This document shows positions 1 through 9,118 of a stretch of 64,000 nt of DNA, one piece after another; position 1 is the stretch's first letter, and each line of letters begins with the position of its first letter. The position numbers were made by a program, and so were the translations under genes. The notes below the pieces were generated by a model. It was given only the letters and a program-made list of their open reading frames with translations, had not been told where the DNA came from and searched no databases. This stretch comes from Ignavibacteriota bacterium. GTDB taxonomy: Bacteria; Bacteroidota; Ignavibacteria; UBA10030; UBA6906. Where the stretch lies: assembly GCA_963801355.1 (NCBI GenBank), contig CAWDEM010000008.1:1024001-1088000 (forward strand), in the 5' to 3' direction.

Positions 1-1301
1 GTGCACGGCAGACTCAACTCAGAGGTGTTTCCCAATGAATCGGTGGCTGTGGCAGTCACATATTTTCTGACGATAGGTTTCGTCAGCGGAAAGACAAACG
101 CACCTGAGGCATTTGCTTTTGTGCTGCCGCACACGTCTCTCCCCTGCGAAGAGTCATCGGCAAAAATCTCCACGGTATTCCCGGGCCCAGCCGTGCCTGT
201 TATCGTACCTGAGTTCACAGATTGGATCGCGGGTGGTGGCAGCCCACCGTTACCGCCGAAGGCATTTTCGATCCCTTTTTGGCTGATGCGGGAAATCATG
301 TTCATGGTCAGCGTATTTTGAACGCACCCGCTGCCGAGCACAAGTATCCCGGCGCGATCGCAGTTGCCGATGGAATTCCAGGCCACGGTATTCTGCCGCG
401 CATAGTAGTCAAAGAGAATTCCGTTGTTGAAGATCCCCAGATTGTGGTTCCACGCCGTATCCGTTCCGATGCCGTTCTTGCCGATGTACACATGCGTAGA
501 GTTTTCGATGTATATTCCCGTTCTCCTGCCGCCAACCAGATTCTCAGAAATTTCCACGCTGTCGCACCCAGTCTGAATGGCGATGCCGGAAGTGAAGTTG
601 CTGAGCGTGTCTGTACCGGCGCGATTCACGCCGATCCGGTTTCCACTAATCGAAATTCTTCTGCACGAGTCCACTGCAAACACGCCGCATTGGTTTCCTG
701 AGATGAGGTTGCCGAACCGCGGGTCGCCCGACTGGCCTACAACGATGTTGCGCGAGTTCAGTTGAATCCAGACCCCATAATGGTTCCCTGCGACGGCGAG
801 CCCGTCACTTGTTGTCCCGAGATAGCAGCCGAGAACTTTTCCTCCGCTGGCGCCCTGGAACATGATTGCCGACGACTTACATTTGTTGATAGTAAGACCA
901 TGCACGACCACTTCCGAACCCATGATAGTCAGACAAGGATTGTCCGGCAAGTCTTCTCCGTCTATTAAGATCTCGGGTCCTTCCGGATTCGGGTCGCCGC
1001 CAATGAACATTCTTTGTGAAGTCCCGTCAATCACCAGGCCGGCATCCGTAATGACATCGAATTCTGTTTGGGGACGGATTCTCCACGTCCCTTGTGATGC
1101 GTCATAACCGGGATCGCCGGTAGGAATCGCGAAGCGGATGGAATCAGGACCCGGACCGTTGGCCCGGGAAATCATTGCTCTCAACGACGCAGCGCCGGTG
1201 TCCGCTGTGGTGGTAACAACGAGGACGTTGCTGCGGGATACAGTGACAATGCAGGCGCATAGGATGGGTGCGAGAGATAGACATTGTCGCAAGATTTTCA
1301 T
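1..1301 (-). CDS. Secreted right-handed beta-helix repeat protein (partial, runs off left edge)
   Basis: Not in the ORF track. Manual translation from ATG 1301 (SD GAAGGAG) gives MKILRQCLSLAPILCACIVTVSRSNVLVVTTTADTGAASLRAMI...FAIPTGDPGY...GPEILIDG...GCYLGTT...GNLISGN...TATDSLGNTSE. Clearly paralogous to the beta-helix part of 2073..5225. Confidence 0.85.
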   Translation of the reverse strand, partial: MKILRQCLSLAPILCACIVTVSRSNVLVVTTTADTGAASLRAMISRANGPGPDSIRFAIPTGDPGYDASQGTWRIRPQTEFDVITDAGLVIDGTSQRMFIGGDPNPEGPEILIDGEDLPDNPCLTIMGSEVVVHGLTINKCKSSAIMFQGASGGKVLGCYLGTTSDGLAVAGNHYGVWIQLNSRNIVVGQSGDPRFGNLISGNQCGVFAVDSCRRISISGNRIGVNRAGTDTLSNFTSGIAIQTGCDSVEISENLVGGRRTGIYIENSTHVYIGKNGIGTDTAWNHNLGIFNNGILFDYYARQNTVAWNSIGNCDRAGILVLGSGCVQNTLTMNMISRISQKGIENAFGGNGGLPPPAIQSVNSGTITGTAGPGNTVEIFADDSSQGRDVCGSTKANASGAFVFPLTKPIVRKYVTATATDSLGNTSELSLPC

Positions 1302-1317
1302 GGCCCACTCCTTCACA

Positions 1318-1380
1318 TGAGGCGAAGCCTGGCTTTTCCCCCAGGCTTTTTTTCCAGACTCTATTCTCAGGCTTCGTTCC
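1318..1380. repeat. Intergenic repeat copy A (GAGGCGAAGCCTG...TTCTCAGGCTTCGTTCC)
   Basis: Near-identical ends to 2017..2066, with internal inverted repeat GAAGCCTG/CAGGCTTC. Confidence 0.75.
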
Positions 1381-1392
1381 CGACGACCTTGT

Positions 1393-1458
1393 GGGGTCAG
1401 ACCCGTACCAATTGTCAATGGACTATTGACAATCATCAACCGGTGGGGGTCTGACCCC
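1393..1458. repeat. REP-like imperfect palindrome, copy 1 (GGGGTCAGACCC...GGGTCTGACCCC)
   Basis: Inverted termini and AATTGTCAAT/ATTGACAAT core; homologous to copies at 14399, 17388, 20128 and 28423. Confidence 0.85.
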
Positions 1459-1495
1459 TTTACCTCTACGCCCAGGAGAAATGGGGTTGTTCACC

Positions 1496-1969
1496 CTACT
1501 TTGACGTCTGTCCGCCGTGATCGCCGATCATCACCCACTTGTTCCCCTGTTTCTTCAGGATGTCAGTCCACCGACCGGACGAAGATTTCTCTTTGCCGTC
1601 AAGATCTTTGGTCACACTGGTGTAATAATAGTCGACAAAGGCGACCTCCCCGTGGATCTTGATTGCGACAGGTTTTAGGTCAAAATACACTACTGGCCGG
1701 GTTTTCCAGCCGCTCTGCTCGAGATACTTCTTGGTGTCAGCTTTGTCCTGCGGCATGGGTGAGTCATACTCCCAACCGCAATAATCGCTGTGGAAGTACT
1801 CCAGGAATCCTTCGACATTCCTTGCGACGGCTAATGCGTTATACGCTTCGACGTTCTTCCACACCTCCTTCTGCGCTGCGGACCACTCTTGCGCGTAAAG
1901 CTGCGTTGAGACAAGCAGACAGGCGCACAGCACCACCAACGGGACAGCAACAGCTGCAATTCGTTTCAT
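1496..1969 (-). CDS. Secreted NTF2/SnoaL-like (DUF4440-type) protein
   Basis: Signal peptide, C-terminal GRWTDILKKQGNKWVMIGDH pattern typical of the NTF2-like fold, SD GGAGG. Confidence 0.8.
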   Translation of the reverse strand: MKRIAAVAVPLVVLCACLLVSTQLYAQEWSAAQKEVWKNVEAYNALAVARNVEGFLEYFHSDYCGWEYDSPMPQDKADTKKYLEQSGWKTRPVVYFDLKPVAIKIHGEVAFVDYYYTSVTKDLDGKEKSSSGRWTDILKKQGNKWVMIGDHGGQTSK

Positions 1970-2016
1970 GGTGTTCCTCCTTGTTGTGTGATTTGTGGAT
2001 TTGAAGGTCTACCGCC

Positions 2017-2066
2017 TGAGGCGAAGCCTGACTTTTTCCCCAGACTTTGTTCTCAGGCTTTGTTCC
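2017..2066. repeat. Intergenic repeat copy B
   Basis: TGAGGCGAAGCCTGACTTTTTCCCCAGACTTTGTTCTCAGGCTTTGTTCC matches 1318..1380. Confidence 0.75.
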
Positions 2067-2072
2067 TAGACC

Positions 2073-5000
2073 TCACCGCAAAAGCAAAAGCTTTTTCGTT
2101 TCCACACGGCCATTCGCCTGCAGACGGTAGAAATACGAGCCACTGGAGAGCTTGGAGCCGTCAAACGTGACCGTGTATTCCCCTGCCGGCCGCAGGTCGT
2201 TCACCAGCACCGCCACCTCCCGACCGAGCAGGTCGTACACGACGAGGCTTGCTGTCCTGGATCGCACCCCCCCACCACCAGACGCTGTCCTGTCGCCCCC
2301 AATGCTGAACCTAATAGTGGTGACCGGATTGAACGGGTTCGGGTAGTTTTGGCCGAGCCCGAACTCAGCCGGCAGAGGTTCCCCATTCTCTTCACCAATC
2401 CCTGTGACGACATACGGAGTGCTGAACGGCGAGGTATTGTTCGTCGTCTCACCCGCCGTTGTGTCGACCGCCACTGCTGTGACATGGGGACCCTTCACCG
2501 TCCCGCTCCAGGAAAACTTGCCCAGGGCGTCCGCAAAGGCCAGGCCACAATACTCCTCTCCTTCGTTACCGGGGTCATTATAGATGAACAGAACGCTCTT
2601 TGGCGCCGCAGTTCCCTTCACTTCGGTCGCACTTACCTCGGTAATGACCGGTGCCGACTTGCCGTGATTGCCGCCGTTTTCAAGGATGATTCCCCCTTCG
2701 GCATTGTGGGCAATACTCCCTGCTGCTATAAGATTCCTCACCGTTCCTTCCCCGCTCACACGGACGCCGGCCATGCCGTTGTTCCGTATGACGACGTACG
2801 ACGGATAGGCGAACCCGGAGATCGAGTTGTCCCTCGATCCGCCAACGATCCGAACGCCATCCGCGGCGTTACCCAGCTTTAGTTTGTGCGAAAAATCTGT
2901 GCCGATGCAGTTCACACTGACCACGTTGAACCCGGAGGTATCAGAGATCAGAATCCCCGAAGCACCGTTTCCGCCAATGATGTTCGCAGAAGCAGTATCC
3001 AGAAATCCGATGAAGTTCAGCGAGGAGCCTGAAATCCTGATGCCAGCCAGCTGGTTTCCTTTACTTGTCCTGGCATCGGGAGTGACACCTATGTAGCAAC
3101 CGGCAATCAGGTTCGCGCCAATGGGGATTTCGGAAATAAGGATTCCATTGCCGCCAAACCCGTCGATCGTCAGTCCATTCACCGTGTTCCAGGCTGATTT
3201 GATGGTGAATCCATTGGACCTGGATCCGGCAGTCCCTCCGTCGATTTCAACTTCCGGTCCAAATGGATTGGTATCGCCCGCAAAAAGCTGTTGGCTGGGA
3301 CCATCGAGATACGTCCCGCCATCGGTGATGTCGGGAAGAGCAGAGGTCGGCTTGATTGACCAGACGCCTGTGCTGGTCTTGTACCCTGGATCGGTTTTCG
3401 GGATGGCAAAAGAGATGCCATCCTGTCCGATGTGGGAGTTTGCGTCGAGAATCGCCTGCCGGAGCGAACCGGGACCGCTGTCGTTGGTGTTCGTGACAAC
3501 GAGACCCACCACCGCCGGAGTCATCACGGCGAAGATCGAGAGGTGTGTGGTGATGCCATACACACGATTCGTGCTCGTGTCACGCGAGCTCGTAATGTCA
3601 GACCAGGAAGAAGTCCCTGTATCGAATACCCGCAGGGTTGTTTGCACCTCCTCTTCGGGAGAAAGTCCGCTCCCATCGTATTGCAGGGAGACCTCCACGT
3701 TGCCTGTAAATGATGCCGTCGTCGTGATCTCCACAGAACTCCCTCCGAGGGAAAGCGCAAGCGCGGTCATACCGTTGGGAGCGGTGGGGACCGTGTTGGA
3801 AGGGTTGAAGGTCGTCATACCGGTAGCCGTGACCTTGTCGAATTTCAGCTTGGCGTTGCCGCTGTAGTCAACCTGGACGCCGGTTCCTATGGTTGTAGTG
3901 AATGACTCCAGAGCCGAGTAGTACGCGCCGTAGATATCGCGATCCGTGCTCGCGCTGTCGCGTGAATCGCTCCAGACAACGAGTGACGTCGGGTCTTTGG
4001 TGCTAGCTGCGATGGCGGGTTCATGCGGGTTCTCCTTCCCGGTGGTAGAGGAAAGGACGATGTTGGTGGGATTTGTCGAATAGGAGACGCCAGTGTAGCC
4101 CCGGATGTGGTTGACCGTGGCGTCATTGCCGGGAGCAGTACCCGGCGTCTCGCGCCAGACGACCTGAAACTTCTTCGCGACAGCATTGAACGTCGCGGCC
4201 GGTTTCCACGTCGGAACTGTGGAGGCAACCACCCAGTGATCGAAGTAGCGGCTGAGAACCGGGAAGGTCTTGTCTTGGACCTGCTCACTCTTGGAGTAGT
4301 GAAGGTTATCCGCATCGACATATCCCCCCCACACAGCCCCTTTCCAGCTGTTTTTCTCCGCGGTTTTGATGTCGTCGGACCAAACGATCAGGAACCTCCT
4401 TTGCGCCACCGGGGGCGGAGATACTTCGCCATACGCAACATCCATGTTATATCTCGTACCGCTGCCATTCATGTAGAAGTGAATCTCTGGCCAGGGGAGC
4501 TCAGTCGGGCCGCCATACATCGTGTTGATAGCTTTCCCATCACTGTCGAGCATGATGGGGGCGATACCCCACGTAAGCCATTTGACGACAAGGTAGCGTC
4601 CGAGTGGAGTCTCTGCCGTCGCGATGGGTGCATAGGCTGCCACAAAACCGCCGTAGGCGTGGAGAGATGCTTTCGTGAGATTCTCTTTTGGCGCGAGCGG
4701 CTGCCCGTCGGTGCCGATTTTGCGGGAGTACAAATCATTGCCCGCACCGAGCAAGAGGTAGTTGCCGGCAAGGGAGTTGTATAAAATCTTCGGCTGTGCT
4801 GCCATCGTCATGAGAAGAATCGGATCTCCAATTGTGGCGCCTGCTGCACTCACCCTCCGTCCGTAGATCGAAGAGTCGGGAAGAATGCCGGTCGCGTAGA
4901 CCACGAGGAACTCGTTTTGTGCCGCGTTGTATGCCACTGAAACACGAGAGTCGGTGAAAGCATACTTGACGATTTCGATGGCTCCGGCGACAGCAGCACC

Positions 5001-5225
5001 AGTTGCGTTGACGCGCCGGGCCATCACCGCGGTGAGTCCTACTCCGGTCCCTTGGTGCCATACAACAAGGTACTGGTCGGTCTGAGCGTTGTAGGCGACA
5101 GCGGGAGTGTGGTCGGGTTTGGCGGCGCTATATATCTGGAAATCGGCCGCGGCAGCAGGTGATGCGACAAACCACAGGAACAGCACTAGGCACAGTGCCC
5201 GACGGAGTATAGTAAGCATGTTCAT
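2073..5225 (-). CDS. Large secreted protein: N-terminal propeller-like repeats, beta-helix domain, T9SS type A sorting domain
   Basis: Signal peptide after ATG 5225 (SD GGAGG); PAVAYN...YLVVW repeats; VTNTNDSGPGSLRQAI beta-helix start; QNYPNPFNP...YDLLGREV...YFYRL C-terminus. Confidence 0.85.
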   Translation of the reverse strand: MNMLTILRRALCLVLFLWFVASPAAAADFQIYSAAKPDHTPAVAYNAQTDQYLVVWHQGTGVGLTAVMARRVNATGAAVAGAIEIVKYAFTDSRVSVAYNAAQNEFLVVYATGILPDSSIYGRRVSAAGATIGDPILLMTMAAQPKILYNSLAGNYLLLGAGNDLYSRKIGTDGQPLAPKENLTKASLHAYGGFVAAYAPIATAETPLGRYLVVKWLTWGIAPIMLDSDGKAINTMYGGPTELPWPEIHFYMNGSGTRYNMDVAYGEVSPPPVAQRRFLIVWSDDIKTAEKNSWKGAVWGGYVDADNLHYSKSEQVQDKTFPVLSRYFDHWVVASTVPTWKPAATFNAVAKKFQVVWRETPGTAPGNDATVNHIRGYTGVSYSTNPTNIVLSSTTGKENPHEPAIAASTKDPTSLVVWSDSRDSASTDRDIYGAYYSALESFTTTIGTGVQVDYSGNAKLKFDKVTATGMTTFNPSNTVPTAPNGMTALALSLGGSSVEITTTASFTGNVEVSLQYDGSGLSPEEEVQTTLRVFDTGTSSWSDITSSRDTSTNRVYGITTHLSIFAVMTPAVVGLVVTNTNDSGPGSLRQAILDANSHIGQDGISFAIPKTDPGYKTSTGVWSIKPTSALPDITDGGTYLDGPSQQLFAGDTNPFGPEVEIDGGTAGSRSNGFTIKSAWNTVNGLTIDGFGGNGILISEIPIGANLIAGCYIGVTPDARTSKGNQLAGIRISGSSLNFIGFLDTASANIIGGNGASGILISDTSGFNVVSVNCIGTDFSHKLKLGNAADGVRIVGGSRDNSISGFAYPSYVVIRNNGMAGVRVSGEGTVRNLIAAGSIAHNAEGGIILENGGNHGKSAPVITEVSATEVKGTAAPKSVLFIYNDPGNEGEEYCGLAFADALGKFSWSGTVKGPHVTAVAVDTTAGETTNNTSPFSTPYVVTGIGEENGEPLPAEFGLGQNYPNPFNPVTTIRFSIGGDRTASGGGGVRSRTASLVVYDLLGREVAVLVNDLRPAGEYTVTFDGSKLSSGSYFYRLQANGRVETKKLLLLR

Positions 5226-5456
5226 TGGACCTCCCCGCGTGTGATTATTTCCTGATATGATATCCATGATGAGCCTTCAGAACCTTTTCAAGACGAGCGA
5301 CTCAGTGGAGTTTCTTGCGTTCCGGCGGTTTTGGAGACCATGCAACTTCGATTCGCATGCAACTTCGCCTCGTTGCTTCTCGTTGATGCATTCTGTACCA
5401 TTGGGCATTCAGCGGCATTGGGAGTTTTAGCCGGGAGCCCGACTGCGAGCGTGTAT

Positions 5457-5738
5457 TCATTCAAGCTCTCTGAGATGCGATAGCCGGCACCTGTACAGGC
5501 AGTCCAGACACACCAGCGTCCCCGGTTGAAACGAGTCACCGGGGCAACCGCTCAAGCATGCGAACCACTCGCGCAGTCTCAGTTGATTGACTCTCCCAAT
5601 TCGTGCTGCAGCTGCCATGGAAATGAGTTCTTTTTCTCCTTGACAGACGGCACAGAGACGCCCCGTTAGCCGGTAGTGCCGTTTCGTCATGGTGCGATGG
5701 GCGTGAATCAGCAGTATTTCTTCAATAACAGGCGACAT
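5457..5738 (-). CDS. Small Cys-rich putative DNA-binding protein (CxxC - HTH-like - CxxC)
   Basis: LCAVCQG...ISMAAAARIGRVNQLRLREW...VCLDCL; SD-like GGAAGG; divergent from the wHTH regulator. Confidence 0.55.
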   Translation of the reverse strand: MSPVIEEILLIHAHRTMTKRHYRLTGRLCAVCQGEKELISMAAAARIGRVNQLRLREWFACLSGCPGDSFQPGTLVCLDCLYRCRLSHLRELE

Positions 5739-5824
5739 TTGGGGGCCTTCCATGGGACACGGCAAAGGAAGGCAAAACATGCGGGAAACCCCTGACAAAA
5801 CCGTGAAATTGTTGTGAAAAGACA

Positions 5825-7780
5825 ATGATACCGGCGGGTGAATTCTTGGGGAGGCACCTGTACCAATTTGATGATTTCTCTCTCGACATCCGTGAGCATT
5901 CTCTCCAACACGGGGACCGGGTCATTTCACTGCGCCCCAAATCCTTCGACACGCTTGCCTTTCTCGTAGAACGCCACGGCCGCCTGGTCACGAAAGATGA
6001 GCTGCTTACTACCCTGTGGGCAGATGTCGTTGTGACTGAGGGGAGTCTCACGCACTGCATCGAGGAGATCCGGGAGGCGCTTGGAGATGATCCGCATCAG
6101 CCCCGGTTCATTCAGACCGTTCCGCGTGTCGGCTATCGATTCATCGCCAAAATGCGCGTACTGCCGGACGAAACGATAGTTGAGGAGGTCCTGGAGGAAA
6201 GTGAATACACTGCACTGAAGGTGAAATTCCGCAACGGCAGTCTGGCTGACACCGAGACGACACCCCTCACGCCCGTAGTGGCTTTGCCGGGGCCTCATGC
6301 TCAGCGTTGGCAACAGACTGCATTCGCAGTTGGGATTTCGGGACTTCTCCTTGCGACTGCGGCAGGGGTATTCTGGTATCTTCAGCGTGACCGGAGTGAA
6401 ATCATCAGGTCGGTTGCGGTCTTGCCCTTCGACAACCTGAGCGGCAATGCAGAGGAGGAGTACTTTGCCGACGGGCTCACGGATGCCTTGATCTCCGACC
6501 TCGCAGGAATTCGCACACTGCGCGTGATTTCGCGTACTTCAGTGATGCAGTACAGGACCAATCGCAAACCACTTCGGGAGATCGGCAAGGAACTGCAGGT
6601 TGATGCCGTGGTCGAGGGATCGGTATTCCGATCGGGAGAACGGGTTCGCACTACTGCCGCGCTTATCACAACAGCAAGCGAACACCGGATCTGGGGAGAG
6701 ATATACGAGCGGGATCAACGCGACATGCTCGGCCTCATTCGCGATATGGCCCGGACCATCGCAGGCGAGATCAATATCGAGTTGAGCTCGGCGGAACAGG
6801 CCCACCTTGCATCGGCCTACCCGGTAGTAATGCCTGCTTACGAGTTGTATCTCAAAGGCCGCTATCACTGGAACAAAAGGACTTCAGAAGGCTTCAGGAA
6901 AGGCCTCGACTGTTTTCAGCGCGCCCTTGATGCTGATTCGCAATATGCACCAGCGCTTGTGGGCCTGGCTGACTGCTACAACATGCTGGGAGACTACGAC
7001 CTGCTTCCGCCGAATGTGGCTTTCCCCAGGGGCCGTACCGCCTCCTTGCGGGCCATCACCTTAGACAGCTCTCTCGCCGATGCGCATGCGTCGCTGGCTT
7101 TCGCGGTAATGCGCTTCGATTGGAATTGGCCTGAAGTCGAGAAAGAATACACACGCGCTATCAATCTGAATCCAAGCTGCTCCAACGCCCATCATTGGTA
7201 TGCCCTCTATCTGGCAACGCGCGAGCGATTTGCAGACGCAAAGGAGGAAATCCGAAGAGCCCAGGTTCTCGATCCACTCTCCACAATAGTCCTGGCGAAT
7301 CTCGCGTGGGTGCACTACTTCGCACGCGAGAATGATCAGGCGATCGCAATCTGCCGGGAGGCCCTGCAGAAGGATTCAACTTTCGTCTCCGCGCACATCA
7401 AGCTCGGATGGTCGTATGAGCAGCAAGGACTCTACAGAGAAGCACAAATGGAGTTCGAAAAGGCGATCGCTTCGGGAGGAGAAGATCCCGCCCTGCTCTC
7501 TATGCTCGCACGTTCGTATGCTCTTCAAAACGAGCGCGGCAAAGCGATCGGCCTCATTAATCGTGTGATCGACCAGTCGAGTCGCCGCTACGTTTCGGGT
7601 TACCATGTCGCATCTGCGTACGCCGGACTTGGGGAAAAGACCCGGGCACTGGAGTGGCTGGAAAAGTCGTACGACGAGCGAAGCGGCTGGCTGGCCTGGT
7701 TGAATGTGGATCCCAAGTTTGATGAGCTTCGCGAAGATCCACGATTTGTTGCGTTGGTCGACAGTCTTAAGCTCAGGTAG
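5825..7780 (+). CDS. OmpR/CadC-type winged-helix regulator with TM segment, TolB-N-like domain and TPR repeats
   Basis: YQFDDFSLD...LVTKDELL...IQTVPRVGYRF, hydrophobic TM, SVAVLPFDNLS...YFADGLTD, multiple TPRs, ending DPRFVALV. Confidence 0.9.
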   Translation: MIPAGEFLGRHLYQFDDFSLDIREHSLQHGDRVISLRPKSFDTLAFLVERHGRLVTKDELLTTLWADVVVTEGSLTHCIEEIREALGDDPHQPRFIQTVPRVGYRFIAKMRVLPDETIVEEVLEESEYTALKVKFRNGSLADTETTPLTPVVALPGPHAQRWQQTAFAVGISGLLLATAAGVFWYLQRDRSEIIRSVAVLPFDNLSGNAEEEYFADGLTDALISDLAGIRTLRVISRTSVMQYRTNRKPLREIGKELQVDAVVEGSVFRSGERVRTTAALITTASEHRIWGEIYERDQRDMLGLIRDMARTIAGEINIELSSAEQAHLASAYPVVMPAYELYLKGRYHWNKRTSEGFRKGLDCFQRALDADSQYAPALVGLADCYNMLGDYDLLPPNVAFPRGRTASLRAITLDSSLADAHASLAFAVMRFDWNWPEVEKEYTRAINLNPSCSNAHHWYALYLATRERFADAKEEIRRAQVLDPLSTIVLANLAWVHYFARENDQAIAICREALQKDSTFVSAHIKLGWSYEQQGLYREAQMEFEKAIASGGEDPALLSMLARSYALQNERGKAIGLINRVIDQSSRRYVSGYHVASAYAGLGEKTRALEWLEKSYDERSGWLAWLNVDPKFDELREDPRFVALVDSLKLR

Positions 7781-7867
7781 GCCCCGAGACCCGCACACTG
7801 TACTTCCCTCCAGGAGCAGTACACCGCCTACCGTCCTCTGGAGCACTCCGCCGGATCCGTCTCCAGA

Positions 7868-8938
7868 TCATTCCCCTTCTTTATAGAACCCCTCCGTGAA
7901 CCATCCGCACCAGTGTTCGTATGAAAACACCGTCGTCAACCCCATGCTCGTGTTCTTGACCGGGAGAACTTTCTCTGTGAAGGTATCGGAATACCTGAAG
8001 AGAGAGCCGGACATAGTGCCAAGTTCGAGTTGCTGAAGGACCTTGGTCGTCGTGAGTAGACCGAGAGTGATAGAGTAGCGGCCACACCAGACGGGGATCG
8101 ATTTCTTCGTCGTCGAATCGGGCCAGATCTCGCCCGTAAGACCTTGGATTTTTGTCCGGGTGATCTCTCCAGTGAGATGGGTATTGATGATCTTCCGGTC
8201 ATTCTCCGTGGCCAGAGCATGTGCCCGTGCATCGGTGCCATAGGGGGAGTTGTTAAAATCCGGTCCGTAGTGGTTTGCGTCGTTGGACATCAGGAAGAAG
8301 ATATCTTTCCCGGGTTCAAGCCGGTTCGCTGTGATGTATTCGGCGAAGATGCGCGCAAGACGGGTTGAGAGATCCTCCATCTTCTCGAAAGGCATACGTG
8401 TCACCATGATCGGAGTGATCTTCACATCCCGGTTATAGTATTGCAGGAAAGGGATAAGTGCCTCGATCGAGTGTTCGAGCGCATGAGCTTTGTTGCTGGT
8501 CAGGAGGTATTTCGGGGGGAGTTGCTTCCTGATGATCGCTCGCAGCGGCGAGATCTCCACATCGTTGTATGGTCCCCGCCACTTGCGATATTCGTCAAGG
8601 ATCACAACATTCGACAGCGGCCCGAGTTCCTTTGTGACGCTTCCATGTGTCACTCCGAAGATCACCACCTCTTTGGCGTGGATCATCTTATAGAGTGGAT
8701 AATAGACTCTACCTGCGTAGAGATAGTCATCGTGCACGGAGATGCCGGCTATCAGATCCCCTGCCGGATAGGCAATGGAATCAGCATGCGATTCCAGGTA
8801 CTTCATGAATGTTGTCATCTCATCTGCATTCCAGCAGAAGCCCACAGAGTCACGGACCGGCCTGCAATCCTGGGCCTGCAGGGATACGGCGTGAATGACA
8901 GGGACCAGCCACATGAGGGGAAGCCATCGAGCGTTCAT
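7868..8938 (-). CDS. amrB: MEMO1-family protein (AmmeMemoRadiSam protein B-like) with signal peptide
   Basis: ISVHDDYLYAG, FGVTHG, EHSIEALIPFLQ, SNDANHYG and WCG motifs match the Memo family. Confidence 0.8.
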   Translation of the reverse strand: MNARWLPLMWLVPVIHAVSLQAQDCRPVRDSVGFCWNADEMTTFMKYLESHADSIAYPAGDLIAGISVHDDYLYAGRVYYPLYKMIHAKEVVIFGVTHGSVTKELGPLSNVVILDEYRKWRGPYNDVEISPLRAIIRKQLPPKYLLTSNKAHALEHSIEALIPFLQYYNRDVKITPIMVTRMPFEKMEDLSTRLARIFAEYITANRLEPGKDIFFLMSNDANHYGPDFNNSPYGTDARAHALATENDRKIINTHLTGEITRTKIQGLTGEIWPDSTTKKSIPVWCGRYSITLGLLTTTKVLQQLELGTMSGSLFRYSDTFTEKVLPVKNTSMGLTTVFSYEHWCGWFTEGFYKEGE

Positions 8939-8968
8939 TGCGCTTGTCTTTCGGGAAGTGAAGCTTCA

Positions 8969-9014
8969 GGGGTGAGACCCCTTGCACACACGCATGCACA
9001 TGGGGTCAGACCCC
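8969..9014. repeat. Paired GGGGT(C/G)AGACCCC motifs (short REP-family variant)
   Basis: GGGGTGAGACCCC at 8969 and GGGGTCAGACCCC at 9002 between divergent genes. Confidence 0.65.
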
Positions 9015-9118
9015 CACATTCTGAGCCAGCTGGCAGGGGTCAGGGACTCCAGAAATTACATAAACCTGCTGTTTTTTGCTATATTGGCTCTTACCCTCAC
9101 CAGCTGAAGGTTCCGGAC

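Noticed and set aside
5380-5460. c-di-GMP-like riboswitch upstream of the T9SS gene
   Set aside because: Only a vague resemblance (GGCTAAAA); core motifs are absent and it abuts a stop codon.
8441-9118. N-terminal extension of the 548-aa ORF
   Set aside because: It is antisense to the Memo gene; the signal peptide starts at ATG 9119.
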